Assembly: GCA_977016875.1 (NCBI GenBank)
Contig: CDRNST010000060.1
Span: forward strand, 620,001 to 684,000
Reading direction: 5' to 3'
Source of the DNA: Pavona decussata
Lineage: Eukaryota
Length of the DNA stretch: 64,000 nt
The position numbers were made by a program, and so were the translations under genes. The notes beneath the pieces were generated by a model, which was given only the letters and a program-made list of their open reading frames with translations, was not told the origin of the DNA and made no database searches. Of this stretch, positions 52,241-64,000 are shown piece after piece (position 1 is the stretch's first letter; the number at the start of each line of letters is the position of its first letter).

Positions 52241-53217
52241 GGATAAAACAAATACAAAATCTTTCTTCAATGCACTTCACATAGAAAATCATTACCAGCA
52301 CTTTGCTGGTGAAATGCAACCAATTTTCAAGTTTTCTGCGAATAGAATAAATAACAGAAATATTTCTGCACAGCCCCCTATATTAATTGTACAGCACCTC
52401 TTACACAAACAGCTAGAGAGCATGAATTGAGCTTGAATTGGAGAATGTGTTTAAGAAATATGCACACATTATATTTACTTGGTCATAAGTTACATTAATG
52501 TATACAGGCTGTGCAGAAATCTTGCCTAAATAACTAATCTACTCCAAGCATATGAACTTGTTTTTGTTTTAATACACTGAAATAAGCTCACTGCTCTTTG
52601 TGTAAATAAAGACCAAGTTCGCGCCCTGCAGTACTATACAGCAACAAAGAATAAGAGTATCTCGTTGAGTCAGTGTATAAAACAAGACAGTTATAAGACA
52701 TGCATGTAAGCCTATATGTTTGAGAAACCAATGATCGTTCGTTTCACCTGCGTAAATAACGTTTTATCTGAATGTAAATCGACTAGCTCAGCCTTTAATT
52801 TAGAACTGAGTCAATGTTTACATGTACTAGCCATAAAGTAAGCTTACTTGTGAGAAGATTGAAGCTTGTCTGAGATTTAGCGGACAAACGAGATATGTAA
52901 AGTAACTGAAAGTAAGCTAACGTGATATTGTACGTGTAATAATAAAAACTTACCTGAAAATCAAGCCACTTTCTTTTTCTGCCCGTCCGCCGTAGTCTGG
53001 ATTGCAAGATGGCGGTATGTTCTCAAATAATGTGCCAGGCGCACATTTTTCCCGCGCTTTTTGGAGGATCAGATGACGGCTGCGCGCGGGCTGTGGCGAG
53101 CGTAAGACAAATAAAACAAGTTTGTCTGGTCGCCAGGCATTCTACATTAAATTTTAAGAAGTCTGTGATAGACAATTTTGTTCTTTCTTAACATATTATT
53201 AGGCGCTGCACAGTATT

Positions 53218-53330
53218 TAAGTGGTTTGCAACCAATCCCTGCAGATCCAAAAAGGATGACAAAATCCAACATGGCTGCCACACCATTCCCTTTTGGATCT
53301 CTAGCTAGGGATTGATTGCAAACCACCTAT
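53218..53330. mobile_element. Small foldback element
   Basis: gtggtttgcaaccaatccct ... agggattgattgcaaaccac inverted ends. Confidence 0.6.
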
Positions 53331-54634
53331 TGATTTTAGTGAAACCACCCACTGGCCATCTTTAAATTCGGAGTGAGAAATACTGACATGCAAGACCAGG
53401 TCAATACAGTTATTTTCAAGTGCTTTTATTTAGAAGTGTGACTAAAATAGTATTTAGTGTTCCAGTGCAAGTGTACAAATTAGCAATCTTCTTGATCAAG
53501 GAACTTTCCAATGCGATTCCAAACAGCACTCTTCAGAGTTGATAGCTTGCGCAACAGTCGTTCCATTTCCGACGGGCGCAGGAGGTTCAATGCTTGGAAC
53601 GCCAAACCCAATTTTTTGTTTGTTTGTTGTTGTTGTTTTTGCTCCCTCTCTCCTGAAGCTTTCGTTCGTTTCTCGCACTCGCTTGGTAAGGAAACGGCTC
53701 AATCTCGTACCCAGATCTCCCACGGTGAGGCGGAAGAGAGATCTCACATTTTTACATTTCCAAACCTGCAGTGAGATCTGCGTACGAGATTGGAATCGAC
53801 TGTTACGCAGGCTACAGAGTTGAAGCAACTTCACCCTCATTTACTCAGCGGCTAAACAACTGAGTTTGATCTATAAACAAGGATGTATGAAGATACTTGC
53901 TTAGCTAAAAGCTGAAGTCGCTTACTAGAATGGAAGTTCCAAGAGAATCAACCGCGTTAAAGGTGAATACTATGGTCGCTTACCATTCATCATGTCTGGC
54001 ATATGGCACCCAGGCTTAAAACAGGCATGCTCTACAAGAAATAGGTAAACAGGAAAGATCTTGTTGGGGGTGGGGATCGGATAACTTTTCCTCCCGGTCA
54101 TGCGTTTGTCAAGTGCTCAGTATTGAGACACCAAATTGAGAATGAGTTGTCCTGAGGTTGGGCTGCCTGTGGTCCGGCGTTCGGATTAAGTGTTGCCGTC
54201 GTGGCTTCAAATACATACCCGTGTGTTTCCAGACCTTCACTACCAAGTTGCTAGCTTATCAGAACACCTAACCCACCCCAGTATAACGGGCTACGAGCCT
54301 CCGGCTAAGTCAACCCTATCCCTAGTTGATTTAGTTTTAAAACTGTTTTTCCCGCGGTGAAAAGGTATGACGTGTGGCAATTTGATTGTCATTGCTCTTC
54401 TCTGATTGGTTATTTGGACTGGCGGCGTTTCAGAGGTCCCCTGAGAGCCGTTCTAAGAAAAAATCTTCCCAGAAAAGGGTTGACTGCAAGGCTTAGTACG
54501 AGGGATAGAGTCTTCTAGTCATGGGCTCCCCGCACCAATGTTTTCTTATACTAACTAACCAGTCTAAACACAAATTGTAATCTACTATTTAGCCTATGAT
54601 AAGTTAACAACTGTGAACTGAATAAAATGTTAGG

Positions 54635-54921
54635 ACGGTTTTCAATTGAGTGTCGAAAGTAATTACCGGTTTGCTTTGGTTTTGCATTACAACGTTCTGT
54701 GATTGGTTAAGGCAAAACTCGCGCCACTTTCTCAACCAATAAGATGTTAAACCAAAACCAATCGTGCCTCGTTCGCACGCGTTTTCCCGCGCTTGACGCC
54801 GGTTACATGGATTTCAGTGCTTTGAATTCTGATTGGTTCATTGCGCTGTTTGCGTCTGTTGTGATTGGCCAGAGTAATTACTTTGGTTACGGTTTTACGA
54901 CACTCGATTGAAAACCGCTCT
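54635..54921. mobile_element. MITE, same family as 44733-44990
   Basis: cggttttcaattgagtgtcg ... cgacactcgattgaaaaccgctcta. Confidence 0.75.
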
Positions 54922-55084
54922 AATTAATCTGATAAATAGAAAAGAAGAGAAAAGAGTTGCTAAAGTGGCCGTCGTATTAAAATGAGAGTAAAGATTAATC
55001 TCCTCGGTGCGGACCGCCAGACGTAATAAATGGTAATTTGGTGCTTCACTTTGTGAGAATTTTTGATTATGTGTAACTATATAA

Positions 55085-58000
55085 TCAGTAACATTTGCAG
55101 TGTTTTACGACGTCAATAGACTTCGGAGCACCAGCAGCGGCAAAAAGCACTCGTGCCTCAAAGGACCTGGGACGACACTTTCCACCAGTCTCCCCCGACT
55201 GTGACGACAGCATGCACACTTTGGGAGGGAGCGTAGAGCCTGGGCGCCATAGAGGATTAACCACCCTTTAAAAATAAGCAATTTATGAATTAGGCATAGT
55301 CGGAAAGGGCCATTTCCAAAAGAAATCAAACAAAATAACAACAATAAGGACAATGGACATACATCAGTGTTGTGGGAAGTACGGGGCGCGTCTCAACCGC
55401 GGTTAAGCGGAAATGAAGGAATTTTTATTGCCTCAGGCAATAAAAATTCCTTCATTTCCGCCGCTCTGTCTTCGCTTCGCGCATACGCTCTATTTCCCTC
55501 TTCCCTCCTCTTTTCTAGCACCTGTCACGTGAGTCACACTGGATGTTGATTTTAATTATTCACGCTTATCTATTTTTCCTTACCTGTGAAGGCAATGTCC
55601 TTTGTTCGCTTTGGAACATTCTCCAACACAGCGTCCAATGTCAACAACCTATGGATACAAAAAAAAATTTTCTTTTTCCCTCAGTGTTGAATTGTAATTT
55701 ATTAGTTGTCGTTTTGCTAGGATTTATTGAGAAAGGACAATAACAAATCCTCAAACATAATTTCCTATCCAATAATCAACAGTGCTATTCACCAAAGAAT
55801 CAAAACTAATCCGATTTTTTTAATCAATCAGGAACAAAATAAAAACTTATCATGATTTGCTCTGCGCGTCAGGCCTGCGTTTGGTACCCGCTGTCCTTCG
55901 TCTGGTTCTGATTGGTTCATTTGATCTGATTACAATTTTTTAGATGGCGCAATTTATATGCAACGCTATTTAACTTTCTAAAAGTACTTCTTTCCTAGCT
56001 TAAATAATTAAGCTGAAAGACAGTTCGAAAGATTCGTTTGCAGGGATCGGAATAAATCATCATGTTTACAGGTCTAAAGGGGAAAGGAAAGGTTTTAAAA
56101 GTTGAACTCACCTCTTGTAGCGTTACATTTCTTTTTGCCTTTTCATCAAATATGGTGGTAGTAAAGACCTGGCGGAAGGATGCTCGATAACAGCTTCGAG
56201 CACAGCCGCATTTTAAGATCTTTTTCACGCAGTTAGCTCCTACGAAATCACAGGAAGAATAAGTTGAAAATTTACTAAAACCTATTAACGACGGTACCTA
56301 CTAATACCGAAGTATTTTTGCGCGGTTTGGCGCGGGTGACCATGCGGGAAAAGCAGATCTTAGCAAGGGCTGTTGAAATCCAAAAAGAAATTTGGGGGTC
56401 ACCACGCATGTTTTAGAGATAATTAAGCAACAATTGTTCTAAAAAGCAGTAAAATACAAAGCAATGTATGATGTTTTTCTTTCAAAATTGAAGCTTTATT
56501 ATCTCTGAAAAATGCATGGTTACCTTCAATTTCCTTTTTGGATACCAAAAGCACTTGCTAAGTTCTGCCTTCTTCGCATAGTTTTAAACCGCAACTGTAA
56601 CTTACAACGCAATGCTCTGGTCAGCATTGTGTTGCACGTTTTAGAGAAAAAGTACCTTGTGTAAAAGCGCCTTCAGCTTTCGTAGTGTAGATACATCTAC
56701 TAATCTAATGACTAGTAAATCGCGTGTTTTAGAAAGACGCGTTATTGTCACAGCGCCTCTCTCCATCCAGGCGTGCATCGCTTGGGCTCAAGACAACTCT
56801 TAATTGATTGTATGAAGCTCTACTCTCACAAATAACGTCGCGGACAGATGTTTGCGAGCCTGGCAAGTGGGAGTTATTCCTTCTAATACCTTCCCTGGCA
56901 GACAGGGGTGATCTCTGCTAGCCGCAGTATGAGAAGTCAGACGTTCTGCCATTATATCACTTACCATTTGGACCTCTAACATTTACAACTTTCGTGTCAA
57001 TGGCCTGGCATGTTTTCTTTCCTAAAAAAATAAAGATATTGCATCAGCAAGTTAAGGAGTTAATAACCAGGGAGACTGCTCAACCAAACCTCGAAAAAAT
57101 TTCAACTAGAAAGCGACAGCCGGAAACACGTCTGCGTTCGCAGGTTAGGTAGACTGATGATCGAGTGATAACGGTGGAGAAAAGGAAAGCAGCGAGAATA
57201 AAAGAAATACATATTGTTGCCCAATATTTTGGTTTGAAATACAAACTTCAGGGCTACCGTACCACTTGTGTTTAAACCAAATTCTCACACTTAGATTATC
57301 ACACGTCACTCAAAACTGGATTTCGCTACCTATTTACTGATCAGCAGTAAAAGCCACTACGACAATTATGTGGAGTCTGGGAGCATTCACGGAGTGCTAT
57401 GATTTCTGGGATCGTTTGGCAAAGAGGAACAAACCTCGGAAACCACCCTCTCGATGTACGTTTCTTTGGGTTGACTTCCGGTAATCTAGGTCCTGGAACG
57501 TTTGTCTTTTTCAAAACTACGTTCATTTCACAACTGATCATGATTTCCGACACCATTTGTAGAAGTCCTACGTTTGCCTAAACGACCTCATAATCACTCA
57601 CCCGTGGATCTGAATTCAAGCCTAGGGTGCCATTCTGGAGTGGAGCGAATCTTGGAACATGAGTTTTTGATTTATTTGAAATTCGAAAGTTGTATCCCTA
57701 TTTTCAGCGAGATTTTTAAGGGACAACTTGTCATTACGCATACATATGAAGTTTTACAACAGATTTGTTGCTTGCTCCATGTTGGAAATTCTTTAAGACA
57801 TACTGATAGTGCTGTACGTATGCCTGTCGTACTTCTTACCCTTGTTGCACGAGCCAACACAACGACCGACATCAACTGCTTTTTCGTATCTGGATCCCCA
57901 GTGGAATACCCGGATATTGGTCTCCCTGTGACAGAAGCGGCGCGGGTCGAGACAGCGACAGCCTAGAGCGCTAATGACCTCCATCTGTCCGTCTAACGAA

Positions 58001-60014
58001 ACCAATTTCTCGACTGAACTTTCATGAGCCACGCACATATGTGGGAAATTGCAAGGCTACGCAGATGGAATACAAATAATACGCTATCTACTTGTCTCTA
58101 TCAGTCCCTTTATCTCATTTGTTTTGCACGTTAAAGGAAGGTGGGTAACTCGAAAACCGCAAGGTTCATTTATCCCCCTCACTCGCCTTTCAGTTTACAC
58201 ACATCTCGCCCCCTATATTGTAGTTTGCAGTAGCTATTGTGTATTAAGTGTCAAGAGAGTATATTTTAATGAGTCTAATAAAATCCACTTGTTGTTACAA
58301 AACAGGCGGATCATAATTTTCTGCTGGCAAGCCAGTGGAGTCGTCGTGGTAAACAAGTGGCCTCCGAATTTTAATTTTTAACAAAATTTGTCAGAATTTA
58401 AGAAATGTTCACCTCATGTGCCTGACTTTCCCTAGGGCTGCACCTGACTCAAACCTAACCTTTAAAACACAATTAACCAAGACCAGTATATATGGATTTT
58501 CCTTGCACGAACCGAGAACCAGTTTATTTTACTTTAATACTTCGTTTGCCTCTGAAGGCAGAGGAAAACGAGGCGAACTCGCAAACTCAAAAAGGTCAAA
58601 CGAGGGGCGATAATTCGAGTGACAACTAAATACGGTAGACAGTAGTTACCAGACCGCGCCGTTCGGAATCTGCTGATACTGGAACAGATCTGATACGACA
58701 GGTGTTGATGTTTCTCTCAACAGACTGCAAGTCCACTCCTAAAGAAAAGATATTGGGAGAATAATAAGTTTATTTTTATGATGAAGGGCTATAAAAGAAG
58801 TCAAGAAAACAAGTTATACGGTTCTTTCATTTATTGTGTTAACGACAGCACTAATTCAGAAGATTCTCGGCGGAGAATTTACGACCAATTTACGAAGATT
58901 GTCCGAATACCGTCCGAACGTTTTCATTCATTTGACGACATTCGAGGAAGATCCGAAGTTTTCTTCAACGAGCCTTATGTTCATTACTTGCATGCTTTTG
59001 GTGTAGATTCTAGTTCAATAACTAAAATGGGGATTTCCAGGTTTGACTGTGCAAGAGATGGTTTTCTTGCTAAAACTGAATGGTGATTAAAATTTGGTAG
59101 ACGATTTCGCAAAATCTAAACCATTCCATCGATTCCTCAAAATCGGCGAAGATTAGTTCTTGCAAAGTACAGGCCTGTCGACATTTTTGATAAACAAGAG
59201 ATAATATTTTTTCAGTGCGCAAAATTCAGCGAGATTAAGGTCACCTGTTAGCTGTGGTAGTTCCTTATTATCTTTGAAATAGGGCATGCCTTGAAAAATA
59301 CAGTGTTGTAATCGTTCTCTCCTGGTATCCATTCGAATTTCGTTTTTGTTCTTTTAGATAAGAACCTATTCAAATATGTGAAATTAAAAGTTATTTAGAA
59401 ATTACCTTGTCCGTAACGTCGTTCCTCACTCATTAGCTCACAAATGCTTGTTCTCTTCTTGGAGTGAGAGTCGCCATTACTAAACTGCCAGCTGAAGGAA
59501 TCTTAAGAAGACAGCAATGAAAAAACAAAATGACATTAAAAGATGAAATTAAACATAGGCTTTTTGCAAACTTATCAGCTATGTTTTAATCTTTTTCTGC
59601 GTAGTGTATATTTTATTTTCAGCCGTTTAAACCTTCAACTATTTGTCATGAGGAAAATCAGTTACAATCAAACCACGATTTGATTGTGATTTGCCGCTTT
59701 CGACATTCCTCATAAAAATCAGCGTTCTCCTCTTTAATAACAGGCTCTAAGCCTAACTGAAATATGCTAACGTCAAAGTTAATCGTCGGTACTACAACAG
59801 GTCTTATACAGATTTTTTTTTATAATCAGAAAATATGAAATAATAATGAAAAATTTAAGATAGACAAACCTTTTTCTTTTGGGCTTTTTGCCTGTGATGC
59901 CTCAGTTGGACCGTTCCTGTCAATCTTTGAACGACCCTCTACAAGGATAACTAGCATCACAAATATCAGAAACGAGAACGGAATAATCGTTTTATGATTC
60001 GGATGTGTCATCAT
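55085..60014 (-). CDS. Secreted triple cystine-knot protein, Pinhead-like paralogue B, 8 exons, 325 aa
   Basis: Exons 60014-59870, 59501-59406, 58738-58650, 58056-57840, 57021-56965, 56239-56112, 55648-55584, 55265-55085 (978 nt, GT-AG, phases 1,1,0,1,1,0,2, identical to A). Signal peptide ...IIPFSFLIFVMLVILVEG. Motifs GCRC, DVGRCVGSC, GPNGANC, KCGC, DIGRCVGEC, CRP, HCKCY*. Confidence 0.85.
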
Positions 60015-60334
60015 CTTTTAAAACGTGAAGTTAAAATGTTTTCCAAACCACTGCGCTAGAGTGCTCCACCCTTTTACTATGCCGGCTCGCGACTGTGTAA
60101 AGTTCTCATTTATGGATGAATGACATCTCATTAAATAACAAAAGACTGTCGGAGGGGATAACTTATTGGATCACAGGGTTAGACGCTTTTGTTCTCAATG
60201 ACCCTCCTTTGTCATTAGCAACACGTGTAGCATATGAACTAATCTGTGATCCGAGATAGTGGGGGGAGAATGAGAGAGGACCTGATCTAAGATATAACCA
60301 GCAATATAGGTTGTTTCGTTTATACACTGATTGG

Positions 60335-60341
60335 TTATATA
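60335..60341 (-). promoter_or_regulatory. Candidate TATA box of Pinhead-like B
   Basis: TATATAA on the minus strand about 320 nt upstream of the ATG. Confidence 0.35.
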
Positions 60342-60590
60342 AAGGAAAAAGCCTTGGCTTATCACTTGAGATGTGACTTTTTTGCGACACGTTTTTAAAG
60401 CATGGGAGGAACAAATTACCATCTGATTTAATACTCTTGCTGAAGAATTTGAGATAAAGTTCTCAATCTAAGTGTCAATAGAAAGGATTTGCGGGGATCA
60501 CGCTGTGTTCGAATTCCTCCCGGTGCAATCGAATGGACAAATATTCTATTTAAAAAGCTCTCATATCCTCGCCACGGTTTCTTAGGATAT

Positions 60591-62541
60591 ACAAGATGCC
60601 TGCTATACTGGCATTACGCGAGATGCCGTGGCTGATTCATTTATTCCAACTGTGTGCTTCGCCGATTTACAAAACCATCCTTGCTAATGGAATAGTTTGA
60701 GTCACGAAGATCGCGTTACGTTGTTTCCCTTGTGTTACGCTACTCAGGGTTTCAAGGGAAATTGCGGGAATTCCATTGCGATAACGTAAGCTTCTCAATG
60801 ACCTCTTTTCTGTCTGCAATTGTGGTCTAAGACTGTCAAAGGAAGCACGATTCCTTCGCTAGGAACTCTCCAATTTCCACCGTTTTAGATGTCGAGTGCT
60901 TCTTAGAAGTTCTTCTTTCGATTTACCGCTTCAAAATCGTGAAATTTCCGTTTGAAAACGGCACACTTGAGTCCAGAACATGTTTACAATATGGCGCCAC
61001 AATTTAATCAAGCTTTAATGGATAAATCAAATGATGCGTTGACGTCACACAGGTAGGGGTGAGTGGGTCCCCTCCCTCGCGATAGAAGCGACAAGAATGG
61101 ATTTTGATTGGCCTGCTGTTGTTGAAGACAATCAGAACAATGCATCCCGAGTAGGAGAGGGGAGAGTTTAATGAATAAACAAGATGCCTGCTATACTGGC
61201 ATTACGCGTGATGCTGGGGCTGATTCATTTATTCCAACTGTATGCTTCGCCGATTGATAAAACTATCCTTGCTAATGGAATAGTTTGAGTCACGACGATC
61301 GCGTTACGTTGTTTCCCTTGTGTTACACGACTCAGACTATCAGCGGAAATGTGTGAAATTCCATTACGATAACGTAAGCTTCTCAATGACCTCTTTTCAG
61401 TCTCGCGTCGTGGTCTAAGACTGTCAAACGAAGCACGATTTCTTCGCCAGGAACTCACCAATTTCCACCGTTTTAAATGTCGGGTGCTTCTTAGAAGTTA
61501 TTCTTTCGATTTACCGCTTCAAAATGGTGGAATTTCCGTTTGAAAACGGCACACTTGAGTCCAGAACATGTTAACAATATGGCGCCACAATTTAATGTCT
61601 TTAATAAATATATCAAATGATGCGTTGACGTCACACAGGTAGGGGTGAGTGGGTCCCCTCCCTCGCGATATAAGCGACAAGAATGGATTTTGATTGGCCT
61701 GCTGTTGTTGAAGACAATCAGAACAATACATCTCGAGTAGGAGAGGGGAGAGTTTAATGAATAAATTAATGTACCGATTTGTGACCACGAGGAAGAAAAA
61801 AAAACAAGATGCCTGCTATACTGGCATTACGCGTGATGCTGGGGCTGATTCATTTATTCCAACTGTATGTTTCGCAGATTTATAAAACAATCCTTGCTAA
61901 TGGAATAGTTTGAGTCACGAAGATCGCGTTACGTTGTTTCCCTTGCGTTATGCTTCTCAGGATTTCAAGGGAAATTGCGGGAATTCCATTGCGATAACGT
62001 AAGCTGCTCAATGACCTCTTTTCTGTCTGCAATCGTGGTCTAAGACTGTCAAAGAGAGCACGATTCCTTCGCCATGAACTCTCCAATTTCCACCGTTTTA
62101 GATGTCGAGTGCTTCTTAGAAGTTATTCTTTCGATTTACCGCTTCGAAATGGTGAAATTTCCGTTTGAAAACGGCACACTTGAGTCCACAACATGTTAAC
62201 AATACGGCGCCAAAAATTTAATCTGTTTTTTAATAAATATATCAAATGATGCGTTGACGTCACACAGGTAGGGGTGAGTGGGTCCCCTCCCTCGCGATAT
62301 AAGCGACAAGAATGGATTTTGATTGGCCTGCTGTTGTTGAAGACAATCAGAACAATACATCCCGAGTAGGAGAGGGGAGGGTTTAATGAATAAATTAATA
62401 TACAGATTTGTGGCTACGAGGAAAAAGAAATCGTCCCGTTTTTAGACACGGTATGCCCCCTCAGGGCATCCCGCGTAAAAAAAAAAGAAATCGACCCGTT
62501 TTTAGACACGGTATGCCCCCTCAGGGCATCCCGCGTAAAAA
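60591..62541. mobile_element. Three tandem ~590-625-bp copies of a non-autonomous Helentron-like element, with a duplicated 60-bp terminus
   Basis: Units start acaagatgcctgctatactggcat at 60591, 61179, 61804 (terminal hairpin followed by subterminal IR ttacgcg.gatgc); the far end atgccccctcagggcatcccgcgtaaaaa occurs twice (62424-62541). Confidence 0.75.
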
Positions 62542-64000
62542 GGGTGCATTTCTGCATCGATCTGCATGTTGAATGATTTTTTTAACAGGAAGTGTGATTC
62601 TGAACAGAATGAAAATGGAAGCTGTTTTTGGGGGGAGAAAATAATGTTTTCACGTCGTTGTTTTCTATAAAAAGCTGTATAATACTTTTCGGGGGAAAAA
62701 ACTTATTTTCTCGGGTGTATAGATATCGGTGCAGCAATGGCCGTTAAAACGACTGACGAAGAAGAGACTGGGATTGATCAAAGAGTACGCTGAGCAATAA
62801 GGTGATATCTCGGGCGCAGATTCCAGAAAGACGGGTGAAAAAATATGGCGTCTGTTTATACGATTGCTTGGAAACTGACGGTTTTTTACGTTTTTGTCGT
62901 TCATCGTGGTAAGTACTTAATTAAAAATTTTCCAAACTAGTTTATTTCAGTTTTTGGTACTACGTTACCTATTTTTTTTTGGAAAAAATAAGAGTATTTG
63001 AAGGCTAACTCGTTGAGGACGCTTTGTGGTACGTAGATGAAAATAAACAATAAGCTTAATCTATCTGCAAAACTTCAACTGCAGTTTTGTAAAAAATGCG
63101 TTAATAAACCTAAATGGCCAACAGTTTTTAGGTTAATTCATATCGATACATCTCCAGCTTTAACCTTTTCTTTTTTTGCCGCTAGTGCTCAGCGATTCTA
63201 CTTTTAAATGCCTCAATCGAATACATTACTCAAAAAATTGTAAGGTTATATGAAAGGAACTGAGCTGTATTTTACGTAATAAATTAAAAAAAAAATTGTG
63301 AAAAAATATCAACAGTACTGGTGGATCTCTCGCCACTCAAAAGAAGGTTTGCTACGGGAGATCGGCCACTCAAAAGTGTTATTCCGTTATGTAGTGCATA
63401 GTCATGCATGTAGTGCTAGAATGTAAGTCGTATTTTGTAATTGTCTGAAATCATAGACCTTATCACGGTTTCGGAAGCCATCTTGATGGGTAGGCAAACA
63501 CGTCCTGAAATAACAGTGTTTGTATGGAAATCCGATGTCAAATAATTTTCATAAAACATCGCTTCTGAAAAATTCATGAATTGGAAACGTTAGGCACTAG
63601 GCAAAGAATTTTACAGAAAATAACTGAGGAATGTAGCTGTATTAGAAAGCATGTAGTTGCGTTTTGACATTTCCATACATTTGTCTGTATAGCGAACGGC
63701 TGTGAACTGCCGTTAAAAATAGTTCACAGGAAGAAAATACAGGGAAATGTATGGAAAGTTCAAAACACGACTGGATGCTTTCTGGCGCAGCTACATCCCT
63801 CCAATTTGTTTTCTTAACAGCAGAAAAAAAGCACACACAGACAGAGCGATGTTCTCTGACTAAATTGAAGGCCGCGTGCAAAAATTCAGGCACTTTTGAG
63901 GGAAACTAAAAATTGACTTAAAATTCAACATAGCTGTAAGAAGACGTGTATGCACTTAGCCCTTCAATTTGTTTGATTTTTGTTTATTTCCGTTTGTCTC

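Noticed and set aside
58778-59086. 102-aa ORF
   Set aside because: Lies antisense within an intron of Pinhead-like B and overlaps ccgaag-rich repeat-like sequence
61225-62086. Tandem small protein family in the 600-bp repeats
   Set aside because: Differences between copies are largely non-synonymous, stops vary, and the unit has transposon-type ends
62424-62541. CRISPR-like direct repeat
   Set aside because: Two contiguous 60-bp copies with no spacer, in eukaryotic DNA

Overview
Eukaryotic, intron-rich and repeat-rich DNA, most likely from an anthozoan cnidarian such as a stony coral (inferred from gene content and repeat types; no database search was possible). Manual GT-AG splicing recovers four complete secreted-signal genes that the ORF track shows only as fragments. 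(1) A 5-exon FGF8/17/18-type ligand (minus, 15703-9798, 183 aa). (2) An 8-exon secreted protein with three tandem cystine-knot-like modules, Pinhead-like A (plus, 34838-45693, 296 aa). (3) A 2-exon TGF-beta sensu stricto ligand (plus, 47743-50883, 397 aa). (4) A second, divergent 8-exon triple-knot paralogue, Pinhead-like B (minus, 60014-55085, 325 aa), with the same intron phases and the same 21 cysteines as A. The key observation is the arrangement FGF8-like <- ... Pinhead-like A -> TGF-beta -> <- Pinhead-like B. It echoes the bilaterian Pinhead-Admp gene pair, but the ligand is a true TGF-beta and a candidate binding-protein gene sits on each side. The remainder is LINE fragments (RTE-like, L2/CR1-like), tRNA-derived SINE-like elements, MITEs, Penelope-type minimal hammerhead motifs, a tandemly amplified Helentron-like element and decayed tandem repeats.
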